DNA of 32,802 bases from a bacterium (GTDB taxonomy: Bacteria; CLD3; SB21): positions 1 to 32,802 of the forward strand of contig JANNSF010000200.1 in the NCBI GenBank assembly GCA_031402315.1. Direction: 5' to 3'. The notes below the pieces were generated by a model. It was given only the letters and a program-made list of their open reading frames with translations, was not told where the DNA came from and did not search any database. Every line of letters starts with the position of its first letter. Position 1 is the first letter of the stretch. A program made the translations under genes and the position numbers. Positions 9,406 through 19,342 of the stretch are shown piece after piece.

Positions 9406-9981
9406 ATGAAAAAAATCTTATTAGTCATGATTGGCATGTTTGCGGTGTCTTGCGGAGGCACTAATACAGACTCCTACTCTTCGCTGTTAGAGGAAGGTTG
9501 GGCGGCTTTTGAAAGCGGAGATTATGTATCCGCGTACGATCAGTTTTCGGCCGCCATTTCGACAGACGAGACGCGCTCCGAGGCTTATATCGGGCGTGGA
9601 TGGACGATGATGCGTCGGGATAGCTTGGATGCGGCCATTCGGGATTTTGAATCGGGTTCATCGGATCCGGGTGACGTGTCGCCGGACCTATATGCCGGAT
9701 GGGCGTTTGCGCTCAATGCACTTCACCAGTACGTTCTTTCTAACACTCAGGCTGCGGAGGCTGTCACAGGAAGCAATGAGGGATGGTCTTTCGAACATGA
9801 TGACAAACTAAATATCGAAGATTTAAGAATCTTGGAAGCAGAAAATTTTTTCGCAATGGGTAATTTTTCTGCATCCCTACTGAGAGTGCAACTTATCAAT
9901 TCTAATTTTTCAGCCAACGTATCCTCGGTTCAGGGTCAGGCTCAGCTCGCAGCCGAAATCGAGCGTTTGCGATCGTTGTAG
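9406..9981 (+). CDS. hypothetical lipoprotein (TPR-like helical?), co-transcribed with the T9SS cargo gene
   Basis: Starts 5 bp after the upstream stop. Signal/lipobox MKKILLVMIGMFAVSCGG. The mature part is acidic and helical. Confidence 0.6.
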   Translation: MKKILLVMIGMFAVSCGGTNTDSYSSLLEEGWAAFESGDYVSAYDQFSAAISTDETRSEAYIGRGWTMMRRDSLDAAIRDFESGSSDPGDVSPDLYAGWAFALNALHQYVLSNTQAAEAVTGSNEGWSFEHDDKLNIEDLRILEAENFFAMGNFSASLLRVQLINSNFSANVSSVQGQAQLAAEIERLRSL

Positions 9982-10198
9982 ATTACTCTTCATACTGAAT
10001 CTCCCTCATAATTTCTTAAGCACCGCAGGTCTCCTCAAATTAATTTCCTCAATCAGCATCTCCAATCTGGAGTACCCCTTTCTGGGGATATGCTAATCAG
10101 TCAATTGTGCGAATATAGTTGAAACCATTTTTGAGAATGCATGTATACAGATTCGAGGAGCCCGCATTGCTTATTCACAATTTTGAAAGGAAAAATTT

Positions 10199-10834
10199 AT
10201 GAAAACAGTATGGGCATTGATCTTACTTGTATCGAGTAGTTTTGCTCAAACGATTAGCTTGTCGGGCGGCGTTACCTCATCAAAACTTGACTGGAGAATT
10301 GATAACTCACACTATCACTATCTTGACGATCGCACACCGGGCTATTCAGCATTTGTTGGCGTAGACTACTACTATATTCGTTTTTTCAATCTTTCAAGTC
10401 ATATAGGCTTTGTCCAAAAAGGCGGCGAGCAGACGGATCGCAAGATTGACAATAATGGCAATGATGTTGGGACATTTACCATAAAGGGCAGGCTTAACTA
10501 TCTCTCTCTCAATACCGTTGGAATTTTCAGATATGAATTAGCTCGCGGATTTTCTCCATTTGTGGGCGTTGGACCTCGTCTTGACGTATTACTGAGTCAT
10601 AATAAACTTTTGGATCAGCTCGAAGAAAGTGAGGATCTGAATGAAGTATCTCTTGGCTTCACACTCCAGACCGGTGTAATGTATAAATTATCACGTTACG
10701 AATTTAGTGTGAAAGGGGAGTATCATTTGAATCTGAATAAGATTGCAAAATTTCCAAAAGGCCCGAATAACTCAGGAGGAAGCGTAAACGATGGAACCGG
10801 CATTGTTAGTTTAGTTATCGGATACAAGTTGTAG
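10199..10834 (+). CDS. small outer-membrane beta-barrel protein (OmpA-beta-barrel/OMP_b-brl-like)
   Basis: RBS AAAGGAAAAA, signal peptide MKTVWALILLVSSSFAQ, alternating hydrophobic strands, C-terminus ...VIGYKL. Confidence 0.6.
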   Translation: MKTVWALILLVSSSFAQTISLSGGVTSSKLDWRIDNSHYHYLDDRTPGYSAFVGVDYYYIRFFNLSSHIGFVQKGGEQTDRKIDNNGNDVGTFTIKGRLNYLSLNTVGIFRYELARGFSPFVGVGPRLDVLLSHNKLLDQLEESEDLNEVSLGFTLQTGVMYKLSRYEFSVKGEYHLNLNKIAKFPKGPNNSGGSVNDGTGIVSLVIGYKL

Positions 10835-11287
10835 GTGGAGTATCCATTAGCATTTCATTGAAGAACAAAATTTCATAACAACTCAGAAAGAGATTGCACG
10901 GGATAATTAAGATGCACAACTTTGATCGTCACGTAATGGTGAATATTTATTGGCGAATCAAAGGAGTGACGACTAAGACAAGAATTGGTATTCTCGGCAT
11001 CGGTGCCGTGAGCAATCAATATCGATACATGGTTAAAGTTCAAAAGTGATCTCCCGAAAAGTTATATAAAAAAACTGGTCAATGAAGCGTATGCGTATTC
11101 GAAGAGTAAAATGAAATCGAAAGAGAATCTGATAACCGGAAGTACCATTACGAAATCTATTTCATCATCCAAACGATCTCCACGCAGGTTCTTGAGTAAA
11201 ACGTAGTTCTTCATGCTTCATGAACTTGCATTTGTTTCTTAAATTAATGAACATGTAATACACTTAACACATAACAAAAAGGATACT

Positions 11288-11797
11288 ATGCAAAAGAAAA
11301 TCGAATCGGCCGTAGAAACCATGATTTTTGCAAGCCGCTGGATTCAGGCGCCTTTATATCTCGGGTTGATCATCGGCGGTATTTTATACGCCTACAAATT
11401 TTTGGTGGAATTGATCCATCTTTGCGTCAGTATTAATGAAATTACGGAATCAGCTCTGATGCTTGGTGTTCTGACGCTTGTCGATATTACGATGGTCGCC
11501 AATCTCCTCATCATGGTCATTATCGGCGGGTACACCACGTTCGTAAGTAGGATGGATATTGACGGGCACGAAGATAAACCCGAATGGCTTCAGAAAGTGG
11601 ACGCCGGTACGCTAAAAGTCAAATTGGCAGGATCGCTCGTTGGCGTTTCAGGTATTCACCTTTTGCAGGTTTTTATCAATATCAAAAACCAGGATTCGGA
11701 ACAGATCATGTGGCAAACGATCATTCATGTTGTATTTCTTTTATCTTCGATTATGCTCGCGTATTCGGAAAAACTCCTGCATGAAAAGCACGGATGA
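11288..11797 (+). CDS. yqhA: YqhA family (UPF0114) inner-membrane protein
   Basis: Close collinear similarity to E. coli YqhA in ASRW(I/L)QAP(L/V)Y.GL, SLVD(I/M)T(M/L)V..L, FVS..DI, K.D..(T/S)LK.K.A.S.V..S.IHLL.VF and MW...IH..F.LS. 169 aa. Confidence 0.8.
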   Translation: MQKKIESAVETMIFASRWIQAPLYLGLIIGGILYAYKFLVELIHLCVSINEITESALMLGVLTLVDITMVANLLIMVIIGGYTTFVSRMDIDGHEDKPEWLQKVDAGTLKVKLAGSLVGVSGIHLLQVFINIKNQDSEQIMWQTIIHVVFLLSSIMLAYSEKLLHEKHG

Positions 11798-11936
11798 TAA
11801 TCGGATCATCAAAGGGCAGTCGCTTTGTTGTTTAACTGTTTTTATGAAAAATAAATTAATATCACTTGTTTGATAATAGATTGAATGATATTTTATAATG
11901 TCGAGACAATGAGGTAATCAAACGGAGGAGCGGGCT

Positions 11937-12794
11937 TTGGAATTCAAGCGGATTGGAGTTGTAGGCGCAGGGACGATGGGGAATGGTATTGCGCATGTTT
12001 TTGCGCAAGCCGGATACGACGTCACACTCATGGATGTCAAACAAGAATTCCTCGAACGCGGGCGCGCGGCCATCGATAAAAATCTCGGTCGTCAGGTTAC
12101 CAAGGGAATTCTTATCGAAGAACAAAAAAGTGCGACGCTGGCACGAATTAAACTTTCAACGGACTTAGGTGATGCAAAAGACTGCGATCTGGTTATCGAA
12201 GCGGCGTCCGAAAATTTCGAAATTAAATCGAATATTTTTAAACAGCTTGATCAGGTGTGCAAACCCGACGTCATTCTCTCGACGAATACGTCTTCGATCT
12301 CCATTACCCAAATAGCCGCGGTGACAAAACGACCCGGTCTTGTGATCGGAATGCATTTCATGAACCCCGTTCCGGTTATGAAATTGATCGAAGTAATTCG
12401 TGGCTTGGCCACGACGCAAAATACGTACGATCTCATTCGACAGCTGTCTGAAAAACTTGGTAAGATTCCCGTCGAAGTGAATGACTATCCCGGATTCATA
12501 TCCAATCGCGTTTTGATGCCGATGATCAACGAGGCGGTGTTTTGTGCCATGGAAGGTGTGGCTTCGGTCGAGGCGATTGATCAGGTCATGAAGCTTGGCA
12601 TGAATCACCCGATGGGGCCTTTACAATTGGCAGACTTCATCGGTCTTGATGTTTGCCTTTCGATCATGAATGTTTTGCACGATGGCCTCGGTGATGACAA
12701 GTACCGGCCGTGCCCACTGCTCAAAAAGATGGTGGTGGCGGGATATTTGGGCGTCAAGAGTGGCAAAGGATTTTATGACTATCCAAAGAAGTAG
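11937..12794 (+). CDS. hbd: 3-hydroxybutyryl-CoA dehydrogenase / 3-hydroxyacyl-CoA dehydrogenase family
   Basis: TTG start at 11937 with a GGAGGAG RBS 6 nt upstream. Rossmann motif [18 protein letters not shown], and an [18 protein letters not shown]-domain typical of Hbd/FadB. Confidence 0.85.
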   Translation: MEFKRIGVVGAGTMGNGIAHVFAQAGYDVTLMDVKQEFLERGRAAIDKNLGRQVTKGILIEEQKSATLARIKLSTDLGDAKDCDLVIEAASENFEIKSNIFKQLDQVCKPDVILSTNTSSISITQIAAVTKRPGLVIGMHFMNPVPVMKLIEVIRGLATTQNTYDLIRQLSEKLGKIPVEVNDYPGFISNRVLMPMINEAVFCAMEGVASVEAIDQVMKLGMNHPMGPLQLADFIGLDVCLSIMNVLHDGLGDDKYRPCPLLKKMVVAGYLGVKSGKGFYDYPKK

Positions 12795-13124
12795 ACGATG
12801 GATGAGTACATTCTCATTCGGAGATGAATAGATTATTTGATTTTTTTTATTTTTTTGTGGCTTATTAAGCGCTTATAGTTTTTATTAGTATAGATAGGTT
12901 CTTTATACCGACCTTGTTCGGTTTGTTTTAAGAGAGATATTGTTTTTAACACAACAATAAGATTTTGTGAATAATGAATTAGTACGATTTCTGTATTCAA
13001 CGCAATATCGGAAATCCGTCAGTCTAAAGACCGACCGATGGACGATCGAAAAGCCGGCCCCATTCGATTCTTACTATTTTAATTTCCTTTCCAGACTAAT
13101 CACTCAACCCTAATACCAAGACTC

Positions 13125-14231
13125 ATGATTGCGGCGCAACTTCATCCACAGATAATAGCTCAAAAAATAAAGGTTTGGGTTTTGGCGCCGTATTTGGTTC
13201 ATCACGATATCAATATCGACCACTATTACGATTTCAGTCAGAGTATTGCCGAATTTACGCAAACGTTTAAGCAGCTTAATCTCGATTGGCAATGGCAACC
13301 GGTCACGGTGGGTAATTACAAAGATGTAATTGATGAAATTGTTCAGGAGCAGATGGTGAAGCATTGCAATCCTGTTATACTCAATCTTTGCGATGGGGAT
13401 GAAGTCAACGGAACACCGGGAATTTCTGTGATCAAGTATCTTGTCAAAAAAGGCCTTCTCTTTACCGGTTCGGATGAATATTTTTATGACGTGACGACGT
13501 CGAAGATATCGATGAAAAATGCTTTTGATAAGGCCAAAGTTCCAACACCCAAGTGGAAAGCCATTCTGAATGCCAGTGACAATCATTTGTCCGACCTTTT
13601 TGATCGAATGGGTTCGCCGATTATTCTCAAGCCGTCCATATCGGGGGGCAGTATGGGGGTTGGTATCAAAAATGTGGTTTATAGTCCGGAACAACTCGAA
13701 GCGCAAATGCAGTTGATGTTCAAGGGTTACAGAGGCTGGCAATTGGCCATAGACGGGCTTGTCGCGGAGGAATTTATTAATGGTCCGGAGTTTACGGTTT
13801 TTATTGTGGGAAATCATGATAAGCCGGACCAGGCGATTATTTATCCTCCGGTCGAAAGAGTTTTCCATGACAGTCTGCCTGAACATGAAAAATTTTTATC
13901 GTTTGACCGGCTTTGGGAAATCTATGAAGAAGAGAAGCCGATGCCCAATGAGGAAAATTTCTACGAGTACGCTATTCCCGATATGAAGCTTCATGCGGCC
14001 ATAAAGCAAATCGCCTGGGATGCTTACGTCGCCGTGAAGGGTATGGGTTATACAAGAATTGATATCCGTGTCGATAAAGAAACGGGAAGACTTTATGTCC
14101 TAGAAGTCAATGCGCAGTGCGGTATCAGCGAGGATGAAGACTATACAAGCATTGGCGCCATCCTGAAGTTTGCCAATACATCCTTTACGGAATTGGTAGT
14201 ACAAATAATCAATAACAGTCTAAATCGTTAG
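13125..14231 (+). CDS. ATP-grasp domain protein, D-Ala-D-Ala-ligase-like fold (unknown substrate)
   Basis: ILKPSISGGSMGVGIKNVVYSPEQL resembles the ATP-grasp core (Ddl FVKPANLGSSVG). VAEEFINGPEFTVFIVGN matches E..I.GRE.. A C-terminal GYTRIDIRVDKETGRLYVLEVNAQCG matches R.D......G..Y.LE.NT.PG. Paralogous to the N-terminal 300 aa of the next gene. Confidence 0.75.
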   Translation: MIAAQLHPQIIAQKIKVWVLAPYLVHHDINIDHYYDFSQSIAEFTQTFKQLNLDWQWQPVTVGNYKDVIDEIVQEQMVKHCNPVILNLCDGDEVNGTPGISVIKYLVKKGLLFTGSDEYFYDVTTSKISMKNAFDKAKVPTPKWKAILNASDNHLSDLFDRMGSPIILKPSISGGSMGVGIKNVVYSPEQLEAQMQLMFKGYRGWQLAIDGLVAEEFINGPEFTVFIVGNHDKPDQAIIYPPVERVFHDSLPEHEKFLSFDRLWEIYEEEKPMPNEENFYEYAIPDMKLHAAIKQIAWDAYVAVKGMGYTRIDIRVDKETGRLYVLEVNAQCGISEDEDYTSIGAILKFANTSFTELVVQIINNSLNR

Positions 14232-14258
14232 CCCAACCGTTCACTTTAATTTCTCACT

Positions 14259-15692
14259 ATGAAAATATGTGTTTTGCAACCGGACTATTCCACCACGTCG
14301 GTTGATTATAAAAATTACGATCCGCCACGCCGATTTGAACACTTATGGCCGGATGCAGAAATCGACAATATTTTCCTCAACAAACTGACCACGTATAAGC
14401 AGCTACTCGCATTGAAGTCAAAGGGCTATGATATTTTTGTTAATCTTTGCGAAGGGTATCTGGAATGGGAAGTGCCATCGATCGACGTTATCTATACGAT
14501 GGAACTTCTAAATTTGCCTTTTACCGGTCCGACGAGTGCTTTGTACGATCCACCTAAAGCTCTAATGAAGTACGTCGCGTATTGCGCAGGCATCAAAACG
14601 CCTCCGTATACGCTGATTACAGCAACCAGTAATCTTGAGAAGGAATGCCAACACCTTCGTTATCCACTGTTTGTAAAGCCTTCAAAAGCCGGCGACAGTC
14701 TTGGGGTGGATGCACTTTCATTGGTGAAGAATTTCGGGCAATTGCAAAAGAAGGTGAAAAGCCTTTTACCGGAATACGGGGAATTGCTGGTCGAAGAATA
14801 TATTGCGGGAAGGGAATTTACGGTAATGGTTGCGGCCAATACCGACGGAAAAACCAGTCGAAGTTTTAAGCCGGTGGAGTATATTTTTCCCGAGGGGAAC
14901 CAATTTAAAACGTACGCCCTCAAGACATCCGAGCTTCATCCCAATGCGAATATACCGTGCGCGGACCCTGCGATTGAAAGCGAACTTCGGTTAGCCGCCG
15001 AAAAAATTTTCAAAGGTTTTAGCGGAGTAGGTTACGCACGCTTGGATTTTAGAATGAACGAGCAGCGGGAACTGTACTTTCTTGAGATTAATTTTACATG
15101 CTCCGTTTTTTATGCCGATGGTTATCAAGGCTCGGCCGACTACATTTTGGAGCACGACGGATTTGGCCAGTCCAATTTTTTGCATCACATCGTCGAGGAA
15201 GGCATGTCGCGATTTCGCCGAAAACAAAAGAAGTACGTTATCAAGGGTAATGCGATCGCGGGTTATGGTATTTACGCGACGCAGAAAATTTTTCCGGGCG
15301 AAGTGGTCTTTGTAGGGGAAGGCCGAGCGCAACGCATCGTGACAAAACGATTTGTCGAAAAAAATTGGAATAAGGAAGAACAGGAAAGTTTTAGGCGGTA
15401 CGCGTATCCGGTCAGTCATGAGATTTATATTTTGTGGGCGGATGATCCGCAAGAGTGGGCGCCTCAAAATCATTGCTGTGAACCGAATACGGCTTACGAC
15501 GGCCTTAATGTTTATGCCATCAAAGAGGTTGCTACGGGTGACGAACTGACGCTAAATTATGCTCAATTTTTGAATGAGGGAATGGAGCCGTTTGACTGCA
15601 AATGCGGCGCGGCCAATTGCATCGGAAAAATCGAAGGTGTCCACAGCAATACAGTGATCGAACGAGAAAAGAAATTGAAAGAAACCGTGTAA
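14259..15692 (+). CDS. fusion protein: N-terminal Ddl-like ATP-grasp ligase domain + C-terminal SET-domain (protein-lysine methyltransferase fold) with a post-SET Cys cluster
   Basis: The ATP-grasp part contains LFVKPSKAGDSLGVDALSL, EEYIAGREFTVMV and GYARLDFRMNEQRELYFLEINFTC. The SET part contains GYGIYATQKIFPGEVVFVGEG (the GxG...GE block), NHCCEPN (the NH[SC]C.PN pseudoknot motif), ELTLNY (the catalytic Tyr block) and CKCGAANCIGK (post-SET CxCxxxxC). Confidence 0.75.
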   Translation: MKICVLQPDYSTTSVDYKNYDPPRRFEHLWPDAEIDNIFLNKLTTYKQLLALKSKGYDIFVNLCEGYLEWEVPSIDVIYTMELLNLPFTGPTSALYDPPKALMKYVAYCAGIKTPPYTLITATSNLEKECQHLRYPLFVKPSKAGDSLGVDALSLVKNFGQLQKKVKSLLPEYGELLVEEYIAGREFTVMVAANTDGKTSRSFKPVEYIFPEGNQFKTYALKTSELHPNANIPCADPAIESELRLAAEKIFKGFSGVGYARLDFRMNEQRELYFLEINFTCSVFYADGYQGSADYILEHDGFGQSNFLHHIVEEGMSRFRRKQKKYVIKGNAIAGYGIYATQKIFPGEVVFVGEGRAQRIVTKRFVEKNWNKEEQESFRRYAYPVSHEIYILWADDPQEWAPQNHCCEPNTAYDGLNVYAIKEVATGDELTLNYAQFLNEGMEPFDCKCGAANCIGKIEGVHSNTVIEREKKLKETV

Positions 15693-15706
15693 TCGTATCG
15701 GCTATC

Positions 15707-16672
15707 TTATTTCTTTTCGTCAGACCGAATCGTTTTCGCGGTGCGAATCTTTCGGATGAGCTTGATGAAAATCCATATTCCAAAAACCATCAAAACAAAT
15801 ACAGGTAGGCCCGCAATAATGAATGTAATGGTGCCTCCGAGAACATTTGCAAACCCGTAAAAGCCTTCTGAAAATCCATTTCCGATCGTGGCCCAGAATC
15901 CGCCGCTGGAACTAACGGCCACCGGATAATGTTCATGAAAGCGAACGGTGATCGTAGAAAGCCCGGTCTGATCAAGCAAATACTTTTTGCGCCCTTCAAA
16001 CTGCTCAATTTCTCCACGAATTCGGCTAAGTTCACGCTGTACTTCTAGAATTTCCGAAATGCTTCCCGTTCGCCGGAGAATATCCTGTACTTGTTTCTCT
16101 TCCAAAAGTTTGTTTCTCAGACGCGCTTCCAGATCATAAAATTCCTCTGTCACATCCTGACCCATCACGCTTTCTCGTTCCAGTTTATTGCCGAGTTTCT
16201 TGATCTCTGCAAACGCCGTTTCAAATTTTTCGGAAGGTATGCGCAGGACCCAAACTCCTGCCTTCACATTCTCGTAGGGGATTTCGGTCGCGGAGCTTGC
16301 AATAAATCCGCCCCAATCGTCCATTAATTTTTGAAGGCGAACTGCACAATCGTCGTATTTGTCAACTTCAAATCCAAGTTCACCCGTCTTAATAACAACA
16401 CGGGCTCTGGATTGAATTTGAGATATTTGGGTGAGTTGCGAATTGCGGCCATAGGATCCGGATTTGTCGGCTTGAAGAATGGCTTCGCTGAGTGCGACAG
16501 GTTTCATGTCCTTATTTGCCGAAATGGAGCGATTTGCTTTCGAAGCTTTCGCACTCCCGGCCACCGCATGCTCGTCGGTGACTCGGACGCTTGAAATGTT
16601 TTCGGATTTATTTCCACAAGACATCGAAACGATCAGCACAACTATAGCGGCGAATTTGACAAACAATTTCAT
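15707..16672 (-). CDS. DUF4349-like lipoprotein with coiled-coil region and C-terminal transmembrane anchor
   Basis: ATG at 16672 with an AGGAGG RBS. Lipoprotein signal MKLFVKFAAIVVLIVSMSCG. The central part is coiled-coil (EEFYDLEARLRNKLLEEKQVQDIL...). The C-terminal hydrophobic helix is followed by a basic tail, as in DUF4349 proteins. Confidence 0.6.
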   Translation of the reverse strand: MKLFVKFAAIVVLIVSMSCGNKSENISSVRVTDEHAVAGSAKASKANRSISANKDMKPVALSEAILQADKSGSYGRNSQLTQISQIQSRARVVIKTGELGFEVDKYDDCAVRLQKLMDDWGGFIASSATEIPYENVKAGVWVLRIPSEKFETAFAEIKKLGNKLERESVMGQDVTEEFYDLEARLRNKLLEEKQVQDILRRTGSISEILEVQRELSRIRGEIEQFEGRKKYLLDQTGLSTITVRFHEHYPVAVSSSGGFWATIGNGFSEGFYGFANVLGGTITFIIAGLPVFVLMVFGIWIFIKLIRKIRTAKTIRSDEKK

Positions 16673-16796
16673 CGTGTCCTCCTGTCGGATTGGTTGCGTT
16701 ACTCCAAATTGCCTCCCATCGTGACAATAATCAAGGGTGATTTTGGTCTTTTTTTGATAGATTGAAGTGTTAGATTTAAACCCTATTGAAAATCAA

Positions 16797-17924
16797 ATGG
16801 TATCTAAAATTCTTGATGTCCCCAAAGTCCTTGGGTTAGGCCTATTCATCCTGTCGTCGTTGGGGTGCGGTAAAAAAACATTGCACGAGGAATTAACCAC
16901 GATCTCCAATTCTGAATTCTCGAGAGTCATCCATGACTTTTCGGAATCTGCCGGTGATTTCCATAGCGACAATCTCATATCCAATGAGGCATCCTATCTT
17001 CAAGTAGCCGCCCAACTCCGGAAAATGAACATTCGGGGCGGGGCGTATATTGGCGTCGGCCCGGAACAGAATTTTTCTTACATCGCGATCTTGAAACCGG
17101 AGTACGCTTTTATTCTGGACATTAGGCGGGATAATTTGATGATCCATCTTTTTTATAAGGCGCTCTTTGAAATGTCGGAGGATCGCTTTTCGTTTTTGTG
17201 TTTGCTTTTTGGAAAAAAGCCGAGGCACGCGGCTCCGGATTCAGCAAGCCTGCAATCGCTCCTGGACTCGCTGGAGCGGCCGCCGTCACAGGAAGACAAA
17301 TGGGAGGCCTCCCACCGTGATATCGAAGAACACTTGGCCCAATATGGAGTCCCGTTAGATACGGCCGACTTAACAAAAATTTTTCGGATCCATGCCGAAT
17401 TTGTCAGGTCAGGAACCGCGCTAACCTATAAGCTACGTGATAAGCCGGCCCGATCATTTTATCCGACCTACCGGGAACTTGCGCTTGAAAAGAACGAAGA
17501 AGGCAAAAGCGATGGATTTCTTGTGAACGAGCAAAATTACAAATACGTGCGCCGCATGCAGCAACAGAATCGAATCATTCCGCTTGTGGGTGATTTTGCG
17601 GGGAAACGTACGCTCTTGGAGATTGGCCGCTATCTTGAAGAGAAGAAACTCACCGTATCCGCATTCTACACTTCCAATGTCGAAGCTTATCTCTTTGAAG
17701 ATTCTTTATTTGAACGGTTTGCCCAAAATGCGGTTTCATTACCTCGGTCCAAAAACAGTATGTTCATAAGGAGTTGTTTTAGATCCGCGATCGGTGCGCC
17801 TCACCCTCGGAGCAAACCACGCTATCACAGCGTTCAATTACTTCAGAACATGAATTCTTTCTCCGAAGTTTTCGCCCGAGGTACCTACAAAACATATGAG
17901 GATTTGGTTTTTGATCGTGAATGA
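16797..17924 (+). CDS. hypothetical (lipo)protein with a GVGPEQNF motif, family unknown
   Basis: ATG at 16797 gives MVSKILDVPKVLGLGLFILSSLGCGKK, a signal with a Cys near the cleavage site. The track's upstream start at 16767 is GTG without a signal. 375 aa, no family recognised. Confidence 0.6.
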   Translation: MVSKILDVPKVLGLGLFILSSLGCGKKTLHEELTTISNSEFSRVIHDFSESAGDFHSDNLISNEASYLQVAAQLRKMNIRGGAYIGVGPEQNFSYIAILKPEYAFILDIRRDNLMIHLFYKALFEMSEDRFSFLCLLFGKKPRHAAPDSASLQSLLDSLERPPSQEDKWEASHRDIEEHLAQYGVPLDTADLTKIFRIHAEFVRSGTALTYKLRDKPARSFYPTYRELALEKNEEGKSDGFLVNEQNYKYVRRMQQQNRIIPLVGDFAGKRTLLEIGRYLEEKKLTVSAFYTSNVEAYLFEDSLFERFAQNAVSLPRSKNSMFIRSCFRSAIGAPHPRSKPRYHSVQLLQNMNSFSEVFARGTYKTYEDLVFDRE

Positions 17925-18015
17925 TTTTGACCTTTGGGCGAATTCGTAGTTGCAATCCTATTGGAATCTTACTAACTTGATTTCATTATACAAAGAGTAA
18001 AATTTCGGAGGTACC

Positions 18016-18459
18016 ATGAAAAAATTATTTCTATTAATGTTTGGTGTAAGCCTGTTTGCTCAGCAGCAGGTGACCATGATAAAATTTGGTTCCAGTTCGG
18101 TTGAAATTCGCTGCTCCAACAAAGCGGCATCCGGCAATTACTATCGAAATATAGAAATTCGCGCAAAAGATGCGCCGGTGCGCATATTTTTTATGAAGAA
18201 CGATAAATCGACCGTTGACATTACAGGCCAGACTATTTTCGTTTCCTATGAAGCCGATGCGAAAGGCGAAGAAAGTTGCGGCATTACCGTTGATCAGACG
18301 AAAAATTTTTGGGGAAGCAAAGCGATATACTTTTTGTCCATTACGGTTCCCAATCGCTATGTCGATATCAATGGAGAACAGCGTGAAGTTGTAGGCAATC
18401 TGAATCTGGACTATCTGGGCCTCCCATTTTGGGTAACCCGGAACGTCGCAAAATCGTAA
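18016..18459 (+). CDS. small secreted hypothetical protein
   Basis: GGAGG RBS, signal peptide MKKLFLLMFGVSLFAQQ, 147 aa. Confidence 0.55.
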   Translation: MKKLFLLMFGVSLFAQQQVTMIKFGSSSVEIRCSNKAASGNYYRNIEIRAKDAPVRIFFMKNDKSTVDITGQTIFVSYEADAKGEESCGITVDQTKNFWGSKAIYFLSITVPNRYVDINGEQREVVGNLNLDYLGLPFWVTRNVAKS

Positions 18460-18573
18460 TCTCGAAAACTACGTCCATCGACATATAGTCCCCTGAGTGA
18501 ATCTTTTTTTAGGGAATTATTTTGGTCTATTCGTGTTACACTTGCGTATCTCTTTTGAATTAAACATTGGCAA

Positions 18574-19314
18574 ATGAAATCTAAGCTAATCCTATGTTTT
18601 GGTCTGTGTGTGACCGCCGGTTTTTTTGTGAGTGCCTGCGACAAAGAGCGTATTCAGGAAGACGAATTAGTTACAAAAGGCCGGGAGTTATTTCGCGACG
18701 TCAAGTTTTCCACCAATCGTGACCAGTCCTGTGAGACATGCCATCCCAACGGGCATATGGATAACCGGAAGTGGCACTTTCCTGCAATTCACGGATTCAC
18801 GAATGGCAAACCGGATTCTCTGAGAACCTTGACGCTGTGGGGAGTCGCGGAGCAAGAGACGTACCTGTGGACCAATCGACGAATGACGCTTGCCGCAATT
18901 ACCAGACTTTATGCCGATACCATAATGGGCGGGGGCGCAACCAATGAGGAAATCGCGGCGCTTGTTGCCTATCAACGCTCGCTGGTATTTCCAAAAAATC
19001 CTAATCTTTCATCGGATGGAAAATTGACGCCGGCTCAGCAACGCGGCAAGGAGCTTTATTTAACCGATATAAAGGGCAATTGTGCACCCTGTCACATTCC
19101 GCCGGTCTATAGCAGCCCAAGTCCTAAGAACATTGGGACGGGCGGCACGTTCAAGACCAGTGGCATTCGCGCCATTTATTCTATGGCACCGTATTTTCAT
19201 GATGGGAGGGCCAAGACGCTACGGGAAGTTATTGACTTTTATGCGGGTCAATTGTTGGTCAACCTCTCACCCGATGAGCGTGAGGATTTAGTTGAATACT
19301 TAAAGACATTGTAA
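18574..19314 (+). CDS. short di-heme cytochrome c peroxidase/MauG-family lipoprotein
   Basis: Lipoprotein signal ...FFVSAC. Two heme c motifs, CETCH and CAPCH, about 120 aa apart. YFHDGRAKTLREVIDFY is the conserved CCP-family C-terminal block. Confidence 0.75.
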   Translation: MKSKLILCFGLCVTAGFFVSACDKERIQEDELVTKGRELFRDVKFSTNRDQSCETCHPNGHMDNRKWHFPAIHGFTNGKPDSLRTLTLWGVAEQETYLWTNRRMTLAAITRLYADTIMGGGATNEEIAALVAYQRSLVFPKNPNLSSDGKLTPAQQRGKELYLTDIKGNCAPCHIPPVYSSPSPKNIGTGGTFKTSGIRAIYSMAPYFHDGRAKTLREVIDFYAGQLLVNLSPDEREDLVEYLKTL

Positions 19315-19342
19315 AATTCAGAGGACATTAGGAAGAGGTAAT

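Noticed and set aside
10911-11048. 46-codon ORF (MHNFDRHVMVNIYW...) in the 450-bp spacer before yqhA
   Set aside because: No RBS, no conservation evidence, low-complexity context; cannot be supported from sequence alone.
13110-13886. 258-aa minus-strand ORF opposite the first ATP-grasp gene (similarly 14991-15473, 25857-26252, 29634-30089, 31346-31717, 3919-4341)
   Set aside because: Each fully overlaps a CDS with clear domain homology on the other strand; composition-driven shadow ORFs.
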